A stretch of 64,000 bases of DNA from a virus. Below, one piece after another: positions 1 through 10,088 of this stretch (its first letter is position 1; each line of letters begins with the position of its first letter). A program made the translations under genes and the position numbers. The stretch is taken from IMG/VR virus record IMGVR_UViG_3300045988_159857, positions 1-64,000 of that record. One strand, 5' to 3'. The notes under the pieces are model-generated. The model did not search any database. It had not been told where the DNA came from and was given only the letters and a program-made list of their open reading frames with translations.

Positions 1-1396
1 GGTCACTTGTATTTATATCCCCATCAAAGGTTGTGCGATTATATGTAGCCCAAGGAGTAAACATTGTTCCAAACTCACCGTGTGACTTCCAAGATTCGTC
101 GTCTTGTACCACGGCATAAAGGCTATCAACATGGTCAATGTTTGTAGTACGCTCTACATTATCTGTGTGGTCAATAATTGCTACACAATCACCACGATTG
201 TAAGCAACATTTAACATTTTCTGTACAAGAGCTCCAGAGTTGTATTCGTAAACAGGATAACCGCCAGTAGTCATATACTTAAACGAATAATTACCTTTAT
301 CCATTAAACCGTCACTTGAACCTGCGTCAAATATTTTACTAAGAGCACTATACATTGTTCTAATGTTAATACCGTTAACCATAACTCTATACGTTTTCGA
401 CGAATCAAAAGTTGGAGAAATGTTTTTATCCCAAACAGTATCTTTGACAACACCGTCGGTAGCCCACTTTTCAATCCATTCATTACTATATGTTTTATAT
501 GTTACTTTATCTTCGGTTACCTCTTTAATTTCTTGTAAAGTAAATTCATAAGCACCCTTCGGCCAATCGGTAGGACTATCTCCCGTAATTATTTGATAAT
601 TATTTGGAGTCCCTGGTTTTCTCTGGTAATACTTATCAGCCACATAAGGGGTTTCATTTGAAACAGGTTTCCTTAAGTAATAAGGAATTGTAGTAAGAGC
701 TGAATAGAAAACCTTTGAAGCGTTACCTGTAGATTTAATAACTCCATTATCGATATCTTGACTATCAATAGTAGTAGTCACATATACAAAACGTTCCATT
801 GTAACATCATCAATAGTAATGTTTTTAATACTTCTCGTATAATAAGTGTTACTGCTACTATATACTTTACCGTTGGCTACTTCAAAAAACTCCGGCATAG
901 AAGCAGACAGACAATCTGTGTAAACTTCTTTTTGTTCCTCATAATTAGTATAATTCTGAGCCCAGTCTTCCGGTTGTGTACCACTTAAAGTTGTATACTC
1001 AGGAATGTCAATGTCAGGATTGACACGTTCATATAAAACATTAAGTCCTTGACTAAGTAACTCTTTAGCCATTACATAACTAGGGTCTAAATCATCTGTG
1101 GTAAACATAACACCACTGTAAGGTACAGCTTCGTTAGCAAAACCTTTTCCCATACCACCTATGTCCTTATAATACTGAGTCGTGCTAAACTTTGGGGCTT
1201 TCTTACCACACATCGTTTCAAAACTTGCAACATCAGTAAATAAGGTAGGTTTGTTTATTCCAATTACATTCTTATACTCCTGTTTTGTAAAATTGTTAGT
1301 AACATCTACAAAACCGGGAATATAGGCAATATCCGTACTCTCGGAATTTTTACCAGGACTAGTTAAATCGTGTTCAACAATTTCAATCTTTGGCAT
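1..1396 (-). CDS. Contractile tail sheath protein, N-terminal ~465 aa (gene continues beyond window start)
   Basis: Absent from the ORF track because it has no stop in the window. My translation from ATG 1396-1394 (SD AAGGAG 5 nt upstream) stays open to position 1: MPKIEIVEHDLTSPGK...MTTGGYPVYEYN...RGDCVAIIDHTD...FGTMFTPWATYN, which are sheath-type motifs. Confidence 0.6.
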   Translation of the reverse strand, partial: MPKIEIVEHDLTSPGKNSESTDIAYIPGFVDVTNNFTKQEYKNVIGINKPTLFTDVASFETMCGKKAPKFSTTQYYKDIGGMGKGFANEAVPYSGVMFTTDDLDPSYVMAKELLSQGLNVLYERVNPDIDIPEYTTLSGTQPEDWAQNYTNYEEQKEVYTDCLSASMPEFFEVANGKVYSSSNTYYTRSIKNITIDDVTMERFVYVTTTIDSQDIDNGVIKSTGNASKVFYSALTTIPYYLRKPVSNETPYVADKYYQRKPGTPNNYQIITGDSPTDWPKGAYEFTLQEIKEVTEDKVTYKTYSNEWIEKWATDGVVKDTVWDKNISPTFDSSKTYRVMVNGINIRTMYSALSKIFDAGSSDGLMDKGNYSFKYMTTGGYPVYEYNSGALVQKMLNVAYNRGDCVAIIDHTDNVERTTNIDHVDSLYAVVQDDESWKSHGEFGTMFTPWATYNRTTFDGDINTSD

Positions 1397-1407
1397 ATGT
1401 CTTCTCC

Positions 1408-2040
1408 TTATTTTAATATAACATCTTTCATAAACTCTTCTTCTGATTTATCTGATATGACACATTGTGTGCAAAGAGAGATGGTGTCTTTGTATCTCAC
1501 ATCAAACAAATATGCGTCATCGACAGTTAAATGAATTGTATTCCTTGTAAATTGTCCTGAAATTAGTCTTTCAGGAATGTTTGAGTTGTCTTCAACTTCA
1601 CTGCTCATACGTATATTCGCATCATGATGAAAATTAACCCCTTCATAAGGAATTATGACATCTAACTTCGGATAGTTTACAATATTAAATACAATGTTTC
1701 TTGTAAATTCATCAGCCTCATCGAAATACCTTGTGTATATATCTAATTGATAAGGTATACTTATAGGTATAGCGTTTAACTGATAACTTCTTCCTCCCGC
1801 TATAGCACCTAATTGTTTACCGTCATAGCTTAAAACTCTTTTTGTCGTATCAAGTACTGTGTAACCTCCACTTCTCGATAAACTTATTAAGGGTAACTGA
1901 ATTGGGGAGTCATTATTTTTGTCAGCAATTACTTGGAACAACCTTTTAACATCATTTGGACTAACTAAATTTATTTGTGTATCCTTGGTCCATTTTCTTA
2001 ATTTATTTATTATTGCATCATCGTACAACTTAATAGACAT
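1408..2040 (-). CDS. Hypothetical neck/tail-completion module protein
   Basis: Track ORF 1408..2052. Start moved to MSIKLYDD (ATG 2040) because GAGG lies 6 nt upstream and the first ATG sits inside that SD. Lies immediately upstream of the sheath gene. Confidence 0.55.
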   Translation of the reverse strand: MSIKLYDDAIINKLRKWTKDTQINLVSPNDVKRLFQVIADKNNDSPIQLPLISLSRSGGYTVLDTTKRVLSYDGKQLGAIAGGRSYQLNAIPISIPYQLDIYTRYFDEADEFTRNIVFNIVNYPKLDVIIPYEGVNFHHDANIRMSSEVEDNSNIPERLISGQFTRNTIHLTVDDAYLFDVRYKDTISLCTQCVISDKSEEEFMKDVILK

Positions 2041-2041
2041 T

Positions 2042-2464
2042 TTAAACCTCATTTACATATCGCTCGTAATATTCATCCAAATTATTTTTAACATAATTAA
2101 ACGTGTTAAGGAATATATGTGTACCCTTTATTCCGAAAACACCGTCCTCGATTAAATTACAAAGCGAGATAATACTTATATTAGTGTGGGGGTAATTTTT
2201 AACAGGGTTAATATATAAACGCCATCCACCTTTTATTTTCTCGAAGGTAAAAAATTTTACTGCTAAAATTATAATCTTCCTTAAGTCAAACGGTTTATTT
2301 ATACCATCGAATACATTAGTTTCATTAAAATATTTATTCAAAGGTATAAACTGTTTATTATCAAGGTTTTGTAAAATCTCAATATATATTTCACTTGTTA
2401 ACCATTTAATAAATTCTTTATCGTAATTATTAGAGATAATTGTTAATGTCATTAGCTTTATCAT
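2042..2464 (-). CDS. Hypothetical virion (neck module) protein
   Basis: 140-aa ORF tightly packed in the head-to-tail gene string. No recognisable motif. Confidence 0.55.
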   Translation of the reverse strand: MIKLMTLTIISNNYDKEFIKWLTSEIYIEILQNLDNKQFIPLNKYFNETNVFDGINKPFDLRKIIILAVKFFTFEKIKGGWRLYINPVKNYPHTNISIISLCNLIEDGVFGIKGTHIFLNTFNYVKNNLDEYYERYVNEV

Positions 2465-3548
2465 CGTCGTCAGACATCTTGTCTAACGCTCTTATTATAC
2501 CGGCGGTTATTTCAACTTTGTCACTGATATTACTGATTACTTTCATATTAAGTAACGTACTTCGTTTATCCTGTTTTACAGCTGTTGAATATTCGTCATA
2601 AGTTATCCAATTACCATCGTGAAAAACTAAATATGTATTTATTAAATTACTTTCGAGAGGTCTGTCAGTGTGCTCTTTCTCTCTGACAAATATTATATTA
2701 CCTTCTACTTTTTCACTTCTAGGAATATCCTTCAACGTACTATATGATTTTTGTTTAAGGATTTTATCCTGCATAGCTTTTGTTAATCTTAACTTGTCGG
2801 TTGTCAAATAATTATAAGCCGTGTTTACATAATAACTTTTATTTTCTGTTGGGTATTCAATTTTACTAGCCCTATTAAAATATTCCGATACCCATTTTTT
2901 AACTACATTTGCTTGTTGTGTGTAAGGTATTTTAAATCTTTTTATCGCATCGTTCAATGTATACTCGTAACTAGTTGAACTAACTTTATTAGAATGTCCG
3001 GTATCATCAGTTGACCATTGTTCAATTACACCATATATTGTGTCAATACCTTCGTCACCCGGTTTTCCGGCTGGTAGTATATCTCCCGAAATTGGGTCTA
3101 TAAATTGGTCCTCTGAAATATATGTTGTATCCGTAAAGTATTTTGACAACTCTTTTTTATCCATTACAATTTCAAACGCATTTAGGGTATAGTCGAACTC
3201 AGTTTTTGGCCTGTTATATAATGACTCAAGTCTTAAGTAGTCATGTGACAAATCAACTTTACCGCTTTGAATATAATCATTTAATAACTTGAAATTATCC
3301 TCATAACCTTTTTTAGGTTCAAACTCTAACTGGTCAAGGAATTTCATGTACGGATTTTTACTTTCGTCTATCCCGTAAAAATCAAAATTTTCAAATATAG
3401 CATCTTTAATATTTTTTAGACCTTTGTTTGGATATGCGTTTATAATTTGTTCGGTTATATTTCTTCTTGTTTGTGTACTTCCTTTATTCCATTTTTTAAA
3501 AATGTCTTCAGATATTGAAGGGACAGCCTCTAATAATACTAGTTTCAT
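2430..3548 (-). CDS. Hypothetical virion protein
   Basis: 372-aa ORF abutting its neighbours with 1-nt spacing in the late module. Confidence 0.6.
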   Translation of the reverse strand: MKLVLLEAVPSISEDIFKKWNKGSTQTRRNITEQIINAYPNKGLKNIKDAIFENFDFYGIDESKNPYMKFLDQLEFEPKKGYEDNFKLLNDYIQSGKVDLSHDYLRLESLYNRPKTEFDYTLNAFEIVMDKKELSKYFTDTTYISEDQFIDPISGDILPAGKPGDEGIDTIYGVIEQWSTDDTGHSNKVSSTSYEYTLNDAIKRFKIPYTQQANVVKKWVSEYFNRASKIEYPTENKSYYVNTAYNYLTTDKLRLTKAMQDKILKQKSYSTLKDIPRSEKVEGNIIFVREKEHTDRPLESNLINTYLVFHDGNWITYDEYSTAVKQDKRSTLLNMKVISNISDKVEITAGIIRALDKMSDDDDKANDINNYL

Positions 3549-3549
3549 T

Positions 3550-4047
3550 TTAATTGTACCCCTCTTCTTTATTTAATAAATTAAATGAACTATGTTCATA
3601 ATTTTTGTTTTCGGATATGTAAGTGTTCTCATACTCCGGAACAATTTCACAGGTTATTGCTGCTGGATATACCATTGAATTTGTTATTTTTACACATCTG
3701 AATAATCTACCTTTACTATTGTCTATTCCACTAGGGATTATAAATAGTGCCCCTACTTGTATTTCAGGAGTGTCATATGCAATATCAATTAAAGAGCTAC
3801 TTTCTTGTAACTCACTTACCCAACCACGTTTTTTCATAGTGCTTTGTGTAGGATGTTCTTCAAAGATACAACCGATAAGTAAAGGTTCTTTGTAATTACT
3901 ATCTATTTCAGAATAGGTTGTCCAAGTTTTATCTTCTCTTGGAGCCCTATATATTACTTGTATACCTAATAACTTTACCATTTCATCGAAATATTTTCTA
4001 TGTATCTTTATGTCAGGAGTGAGTAGTTTTCCGTATTTTTGTTGCAT
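3550..4047 (-). CDS. Hypothetical virion protein
   Basis: 165-aa ORF in the late module. Confidence 0.55.
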   Translation of the reverse strand: MQQKYGKLLTPDIKIHRKYFDEMVKLLGIQVIYRAPREDKTWTTYSEIDSNYKEPLLIGCIFEEHPTQSTMKKRGWVSELQESSSLIDIAYDTPEIQVGALFIIPSGIDNSKGRLFRCVKITNSMVYPAAITCEIVPEYENTYISENKNYEHSSFNLLNKEEGYN

Positions 4048-4051
4048 ATTA

Positions 4052-4588
4052 TTACTCCTTCTCTGATAATATCTCTGTTAAAAGATACACATCGTCACCA
4101 TGTTTAGCTCTATAGTCATAAAAATTAGTTTCAATGTTGAAAATAATTTCAGATATTATTTCTGAATATTTGTTTTCCTTTAATTCAAGATAATCTTCAA
4201 GTTTTATATTTTTGTTTATACTATATGTAATCAATTCAACAATATATTTACCTAGTAAAGCGTCCCCAAATGACTTTTCCAAAGTTTCTTTTACAATATC
4301 ATTGTTAGCCTTTGTTAAATCATCATGCGCGGCCTTACTTACGATAGCTATATTTGTGATATCGTTAAAATCAGAATTACTTGAGGTAGGATGAATTCCA
4401 TTTATGTGATGGGCTTGAAAACCTTTTTTATATAATTGTTCCCCAAGTGTTGTTTTAAGAGCTTGTTTTCCGTAGGATGTTCCCCAAAAACCTCGAGGTT
4501 TATAACTCCTGTTACTTAGTAAACTTAATAGTGAATTATTTTCATGTAAATAATCTTCAAATAAGTTTTCATCTAAATATAATTTCAA
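4052..4588 (-). CDS. Free-standing HNH-type endonuclease (homing-endonuclease-like)
   Basis: Motif GFQAHHINGIH...NIAIVSKAAHDDL fits the HNH pattern HH..G...N...H. Sits between structural genes just after a terminator. Confidence 0.5.
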   Translation of the reverse strand: MKLYLDENLFEDYLHENNSLLSLLSNRSYKPRGFWGTSYGKQALKTTLGEQLYKKGFQAHHINGIHPTSSNSDFNDITNIAIVSKAAHDDLTKANNDIVKETLEKSFGDALLGKYIVELITYSINKNIKLEDYLELKENKYSEIISEIIFNIETNFYDYRAKHGDDVYLLTEILSEKE

Positions 4589-4620
4589 AGTTTCACCTAC
4601 TTGTTTATTATCAATTATAT

Positions 4621-4656
4621 ATACAAGAAAAGAGGTAGGTTATTTCCTACCTCTTT
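4621..4656 (-). terminator. Intrinsic terminator after the 531-aa acidic protein gene
   Basis: Perfect 11-bp stem, 4629-4639 with 4646-4656 (AAAGAGGTAGG/CCTACCTCTTT), followed on the minus strand by TTCTTGTAT. Confidence 0.6.
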
Positions 4657-4672
4657 AAGTCTTTACAGGTTT

Positions 4673-6214
4673 TTATATTCTATACTCTGTAGGTATTAAA
4701 TCTTGTGCCTCTTTTATATTTTTCATTATTGCCGCTTTATGAACTTTCCAGTAATTATCAAAAGCATCAATATCGTCAATTGTTTTTTGCATAAGATTTT
4801 GTACGTCTTTAAAATCAGTAACTTTATATTTAACAAGTCTTTTAATGTTAGAGACATAGTCCATTGAAGTAGGGGCAGCATAACCTTTACCTAATAATTC
4901 CGGTTCGTCGTATTCTTCAGATAAAGTATTGTCTACTTCTTCTTTAAAACCGTTTGCAAACATAGCTTTTCTTTGTGCGTCTGCTTGTTTTTTTGTTCTA
5001 AATTTTCCGTGTGTACCTTCAGTACCTTTATTTACCCATTTATCGTCTTTTGTTTTAATTGTATCCTCATGTAAAGAAATATCTTCAACAGGTTCCATAA
5101 CAGCGTCAACCCCACGAGACTTTAAATGGTCGTAGGCCCTTTTTGCATCATTATACGAATGATAAATATAACCAGCTTCTTTATCCCCTACCATATACTG
5201 TGTCTCTTCATCATCTTCTTGAAGTCTTTTACTAACAGGTTCCTCATTTTTATGATTGTAACTCCCGTTTAGATAACCTTCATTATGTGATTGTGAGCCT
5301 ACATAAAAACCAAAATTTTTTAATTGTCGAATCAATTCATCTGCGACGGGTTTACTATACTTATCTATATCATTAGGTTTATGTATCTTCCGCATATCAA
5401 TTTTCTCAGAAGCTGTAGCTTCATTACCGTCCCACTCTACTGTAACCTTTATTTTATTATTCTCTAAATAAGTGCTGACCAGCTCTACACGAGAATAAGA
5501 AAGTGCATTGATAGCATCTACAACATCTTCTGCAAATTCATTGATATCGTCTCTTGTAAAATACTGCGACGGGTCGATGTCATATGCTCCACCATAGTCG
5601 CGAGCACTTTCAATGACATTTTTATGCTTTGGAGTAGTACCTTTTTGATAAGACTCGTTAAATTCATTGTCTTCTAGATACATATCAATTGCAGAAATAA
5701 CTTCATCTTTGATGGTATCTATGTCGTTTTCGTCCGAATTTGTTGTAGTATCAAATGCTACTTGGCAAGCTTCCTCTGCAACACCGTCCGATAATTCATA
5801 AATTAAAAATTGAATATCGTCAATAGTATCGGCGGACTCAACAGCTTTTTTAAAATCAGTAACTTCATCAGGTTCGGGGTTGTAACTTTCGTTAACATTT
5901 TGTTTATACTCCGGTTTGAGTTCGTCTATAATACAGTTTATAACCGAATTAAAGTCACCTGTATTAAACATTTCTGTGTAAAAATCACAGTCAGTAATTT
6001 CCCACCAGCGCTTATCGGGAACCATACTTTCTATTCTATCTGCAAATGAATCGGCTATACTATAAAGGGACCTATCATTACGAATACAATAATCTAAGGT
6101 TTCTTTAAGAGATTTACGAAGTTCTTCCTCAAAGGTAGGTTTTATCTCTACCTTTGATACCTCAACTTCGTTTAATAAATTATCTATTGATTCATTAAGT
6201 TTTTTAATACTCAT
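4673..6214 (-). CDS. Acidic virion-associated protein, function unknown
   Basis: Track ORF 4673..6268. Start moved to MSIKKLNES (ATG 6214), which has SD AAAGAGGGGTG and removes the overlap with the upstream gene. Asp/Glu-rich. Confidence 0.6.
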   Translation of the reverse strand: MSIKKLNESIDNLLNEVEVSKVEIKPTFEEELRKSLKETLDYCIRNDRSLYSIADSFADRIESMVPDKRWWEITDCDFYTEMFNTGDFNSVINCIIDELKPEYKQNVNESYNPEPDEVTDFKKAVESADTIDDIQFLIYELSDGVAEEACQVAFDTTTNSDENDIDTIKDEVISAIDMYLEDNEFNESYQKGTTPKHKNVIESARDYGGAYDIDPSQYFTRDDINEFAEDVVDAINALSYSRVELVSTYLENNKIKVTVEWDGNEATASEKIDMRKIHKPNDIDKYSKPVADELIRQLKNFGFYVGSQSHNEGYLNGSYNHKNEEPVSKRLQEDDEETQYMVGDKEAGYIYHSYNDAKRAYDHLKSRGVDAVMEPVEDISLHEDTIKTKDDKWVNKGTEGTHGKFRTKKQADAQRKAMFANGFKEEVDNTLSEEYDEPELLGKGYAAPTSMDYVSNIKRLVKYKVTDFKDVQNLMQKTIDDIDAFDNYWKVHKAAIMKNIKEAQDLIPTEYRI

Positions 6215-6218
6215 AAAT

Positions 6219-9200
6219 TCACCCCTCTTTAACAATACCCTTACAACGAACCTTTTTGTTTTCGTCATTTTTTGTTCTGTAATTGTAACTTAAAGCTTCA
6301 CAAACCATTTTACTATTTGTTTTTAATAAGAAAGGGGCTGCGTCCTTTGTGATATTTAAGTTTTTTCCTTGAAATCCTTTATGGTTCTTTGTGGAAATGT
6401 TTTCATTAAAGGAGAATTTAGTATTTTTAACCTTACCACTTGTAAACTTAATTAAACCTTCAACGATTATCTGTTTTGGAGAACGGGTAGATTTCGTAGC
6501 TTTGAAAGATTCTACGTTACTATAATTTTCCTTTAAGTAATTTTCACACAACTTACTGAAAGATTCATTGAATTCGTTTTCTGCAAATTCAGTCTCTTCT
6601 TCATTATCGTTGTCTTCTTCTGATTCATCATCAATTGAATTTGTTTCAATATCTTGAATTGTCTCATCGTCTAAAGGTTTTATAACTTCTTTGTCTTCAA
6701 AGTGTTTATCCTCAACAGGTTCAGTTGTAACTGTAACCTTTCCGTTATCTTCTGAAGTCATTGTGGTTTTTGAGTCATCTGTAGTAATTGTTACATCTTT
6801 TACACATTCTTTTAATGATTCATTCTCCGCTCTATTATAAGTATAGCTGATATAACCGTTATCCAGCAGCTCGTCAGCTTTTGAATTCATTTCATCTCGA
6901 CTCGTAAACTTTAATTTTCGTCCCTCCCCATTTTCATCGACTTCATCCATGATTTCAATTACACCTCTAAAAGGATAATGGTTATAGATATGAGTAGAGA
7001 ACACTTTATCATGAGCTGTCTGTCCAAACAAATCTTTAGTATCATTATCAACAGATTCTTTTAATGATTCATCAAACCAACTCTTGTAATCATTTTCAAG
7101 AGAAGACACTACTTCGTTAGCAAGAGTTTCATCATTATACTTATCTTTTATTTCGTTGTAGATTGTGTCGTAAGTATCTGGAGTGTACTTTGATTGATAC
7201 TCTGTAAACAAGGTGTCACGAAGGTTGTCTTCTTCTTCTGTTTCTTTTAATGATTCGTCATACTTACCAGCAATTACTTGATAGTCACCGTATTTGTCCT
7301 TAACTACTTGAAGACCTGCTTCTTTTATTTCTTTATTTGTCTGATTAGATATTTTACCATAACGTTTCATATCATAATCAACCCATTGTTGATATTCATC
7401 AATATCTTTACCGATATCTTCTTTGATGGATTCTTTAACACCTTTACCTTCACCTGAAAGGATTATACCGTAAATATACTGTAATGCTCCAAAATCATTC
7501 TTCTTTTGCATATTACTTTTTATAGTTTCAAGATAATTTTTATCTCTTACCTCGTCAGTAATTGAATCTAAAAATTTTACGATTTCACCTTTAGTAGCCA
7601 TTTTTGATATTTTATCTTTATTTTTTACTAAGATATTACTTAAACTACCTTTATAATCTGTTACAGTAGCTTCGTTAAAGGACTCTTTAACACTGTTAAG
7701 TATATCTTCAATATATTTAAAATTCCAACTACTAGAAATTCTTTGCTTCAATTTTTCAATATCCGTCGACATAAAATCGCGTTTGGAGGCTGCAGAGGCG
7801 TCTCTTATAGCATCTGCAGTTCTATTTGAAGCAGAAATAACATAACTTTTTAATTGCCTAAATTGATAATCGGGTATTTTCATAATATTAAGGGCGTTAT
7901 CCTTAATATACTGTTTAACCTTTTCCTCATATTCTTTACATGCTTTATTTATAACTTTAATTCTGTCCTCTAGTTGTTGTGGGTCTACTTCTTCTACATT
8001 ACCTAAGAACGTAGTAACATCGTCATAAGCAGCATCAAGATTCTTTTTGAAAACTTGAGGGTCGAAGTTTGCTACAGAAACACCATTGAAATCATTCACA
8101 TGCTCATAAGACGGAAATTCCTTGTACTCTTCATAATTTATATTTTCCAAATGATGAAAAGCAATTGATATATATACATCACTACCTGAGCGTAAATATG
8201 TTATTGGAATTAGACCTTTGTAAAGATATGCTTGGAATCTATTACCGTCGTCGGTAAAATCGCCTTCACGGTCTCGTGTTACCCCAGGAATAGAAGATAA
8301 TCTAATTTTATTGTCTTCATCTAAAACGGCTTCATTTATGAAATCATCTTCAGATACTTCGAATGATTTATCAATAATATTAAGTAAATTCTGAACCCTG
8401 TCGGTAGTAGCTTCATTTAATGATTCATTTTTTACCTTTGATTTTATTATGAAAGGAACACTGGCTTTACCACCATAACCTGTATCATAAGAAATATTAT
8501 GGTCTTTAAGATATTTTTCAAAATCTTTTACATCAGTCCATTTTACAGAAAATCTTCTAACACCAGAATTTAATTTATCAACATATTTAGCAAAAGTCTC
8601 GTCAGATGTACCAATATGATGACTAAAATCTGTGTATTCATCTGCTAATATTCTTATTCTTAAATTCCCATATTCAGGTAATTTATAATATTTGTAATAT
8701 TCATCTGTACGGTCATACATAAGTTTAGTTCCTTTTGGAATTATAACTTCGTCACCTTTTATCAATTCAGGATAATTTTTTAACTTATTGAATAAAGTTA
8801 TATTATCATCTTCAATTGCCGATAAAGTATCATATTCATAGTCATCAGTAAATTGAAGTGTTGTAGCTTCATTTAATGATTCTTTAATATCATCTTCTAC
8901 TTTTTCCTCGGTTTCAGTATTCATAGGAGCTACTTCACCTATAACTTTAAAGCCATCTGTAGAATAACAATAAGGACATTCCATATCTATATTAGCGTTG
9001 TTTGTTTCGTCATCAATGACGACTTCGTCCTTGTCTTTATAAATTTTTGAATGACAAACGTTACAATCAATAATGACTTTACCAATATAAGAATCTTCAA
9101 TGTCGTCTTCTGTCTCGGCGTCCATATCGAAAATAGTTGTCTCGTCAACATTGTCGTCAATGTTTTCGAAGTCGGCAAGTTTCTTTATACCGTCTGCAGA

Positions 9201-9263
9201 AACGTCAAAAGTTTCTTCATTCAAAGCATCAAGAGCTTTGAAGGCTTCTGTTAAATAACTCAT
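6219..9263 (-). CDS. Large acidic multi-domain virion protein (candidate protease-processed polyprotein / internal head protein precursor)
   Basis: 1014 aa. N-terminus MSYLTEAFKALDALNEE, a CxxC...CxxC zinc ribbon (aa 67-99), and seven ES[LFI][NK]E motifs at aa 128, 280, 527, 611, 670, 732 and 815. Lies downstream of the capsid gene block. Confidence 0.6.
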   Translation of the reverse strand: MSYLTEAFKALDALNEETFDVSADGIKKLADFENIDDNVDETTIFDMDAETEDDIEDSYIGKVIIDCNVCHSKIYKDKDEVVIDDETNNANIDMECPYCYSTDGFKVIGEVAPMNTETEEKVEDDIKESLNEATTLQFTDDYEYDTLSAIEDDNITLFNKLKNYPELIKGDEVIIPKGTKLMYDRTDEYYKYYKLPEYGNLRIRILADEYTDFSHHIGTSDETFAKYVDKLNSGVRRFSVKWTDVKDFEKYLKDHNISYDTGYGGKASVPFIIKSKVKNESLNEATTDRVQNLLNIIDKSFEVSEDDFINEAVLDEDNKIRLSSIPGVTRDREGDFTDDGNRFQAYLYKGLIPITYLRSGSDVYISIAFHHLENINYEEYKEFPSYEHVNDFNGVSVANFDPQVFKKNLDAAYDDVTTFLGNVEEVDPQQLEDRIKVINKACKEYEEKVKQYIKDNALNIMKIPDYQFRQLKSYVISASNRTADAIRDASAASKRDFMSTDIEKLKQRISSSWNFKYIEDILNSVKESFNEATVTDYKGSLSNILVKNKDKISKMATKGEIVKFLDSITDEVRDKNYLETIKSNMQKKNDFGALQYIYGIILSGEGKGVKESIKEDIGKDIDEYQQWVDYDMKRYGKISNQTNKEIKEAGLQVVKDKYGDYQVIAGKYDESLKETEEEDNLRDTLFTEYQSKYTPDTYDTIYNEIKDKYNDETLANEVVSSLENDYKSWFDESLKESVDNDTKDLFGQTAHDKVFSTHIYNHYPFRGVIEIMDEVDENGEGRKLKFTSRDEMNSKADELLDNGYISYTYNRAENESLKECVKDVTITTDDSKTTMTSEDNGKVTVTTEPVEDKHFEDKEVIKPLDDETIQDIETNSIDDESEEDNDNEEETEFAENEFNESFSKLCENYLKENYSNVESFKATKSTRSPKQIIVEGLIKFTSGKVKNTKFSFNENISTKNHKGFQGKNLNITKDAAPFLLKTNSKMVCEALSYNYRTKNDENKKVRCKGIVKEG

Positions 9264-9321
9264 ATAATATCTCCTTAATAAAATTTTATTTAACTACAAT
9301 AATTTAATACAATTGAACAAA

Positions 9322-10041
9322 TCAATCGTAACAGTATATAAGTTGCGTATTTGTTTGTAAATATGTTCTTAACTCACTTAATTCTGTGTTACCCTCGTTA
9401 AGTAATGTTTCACCGTCTTGTGCCCACAAGGCGTTGGATTGGGTGAATCTACTTCTTATTCTACCGACGTATATTTTTGATAAGGCTTTAGAAAGCCTCA
9501 TTATAACATCAATCCAGAAATCGGAGGTGACTTCCTCAACACTATCGTACCTTGGAACATATTCAATAGTTACACTGTCCCCTATATTTAGGGTTGTGTT
9601 TATATAAAGTTTTTTCTCACTGTCTTCAAAATAGTACGCCAAGTCAGTCGATAAGGTATTATGTATTTGTTGTACAGTACTCCAGGAAGAAAAATTGTAA
9701 GCATAATTTTGAAAGTTATACATACTTCCTAAACCGTTTGTAAATTGATATAATCCTAATTGAACAGGGTCTGTACTAACAGTACTACTATTACCTACAT
9801 CTCCACTTATACCTGTGCCAGTAGAACGTAAAACTTTAGTGACAGCGTTAACCTTATATTTTGTTAAATCAATACATCTACTATAAGGTACAGTTATTAT
9901 TTTTGTTGAACATATATACCTTTGAACTTCTCTTAGTGCTGAATTAACTATTTTCTGTAGGGTGCTATCGTCTACTTCTAAATCTAACACACCTCCAGTA
10001 AGAGCTAACTTTATTTCATCTACATAAGCGTCCATTTGCAT
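9322..10041 (-). CDS. Putative head-tail adaptor/neck protein
   Basis: 239 aa. N-terminus ...DEIKLALTGGVLDLEVDDSTLQKIVNSALREVQRY resembles adaptor-type N-termini. The call rests on position after the capsid gene and is weak. Confidence 0.35.
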   Translation of the reverse strand: MQMDAYVDEIKLALTGGVLDLEVDDSTLQKIVNSALREVQRYICSTKIITVPYSRCIDLTKYKVNAVTKVLRSTGTGISGDVGNSSTVSTDPVQLGLYQFTNGLGSMYNFQNYAYNFSSWSTVQQIHNTLSTDLAYYFEDSEKKLYINTTLNIGDSVTIEYVPRYDSVEEVTSDFWIDVIMRLSKALSKIYVGRIRSRFTQSNALWAQDGETLLNEGNTELSELRTYLQTNTQLIYCYD

Positions 10042-10088
10042 AGTTTAGTAAGCTCTCCTTTAACAAATTTTTACAACACTTTATACAA

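Noticed and set aside
6807-8882. The repeated ~18-nt DNA strings (AGCTTCATTTAATGATTC and variants) as a CRISPR array or non-coding tandem repeat.
   Set aside because: They lie inside one continuous 1014-codon ORF, always in the same frame, encoding ES(L/F)(N/K)E. Their spacing is irregular (about 180-740 nt).
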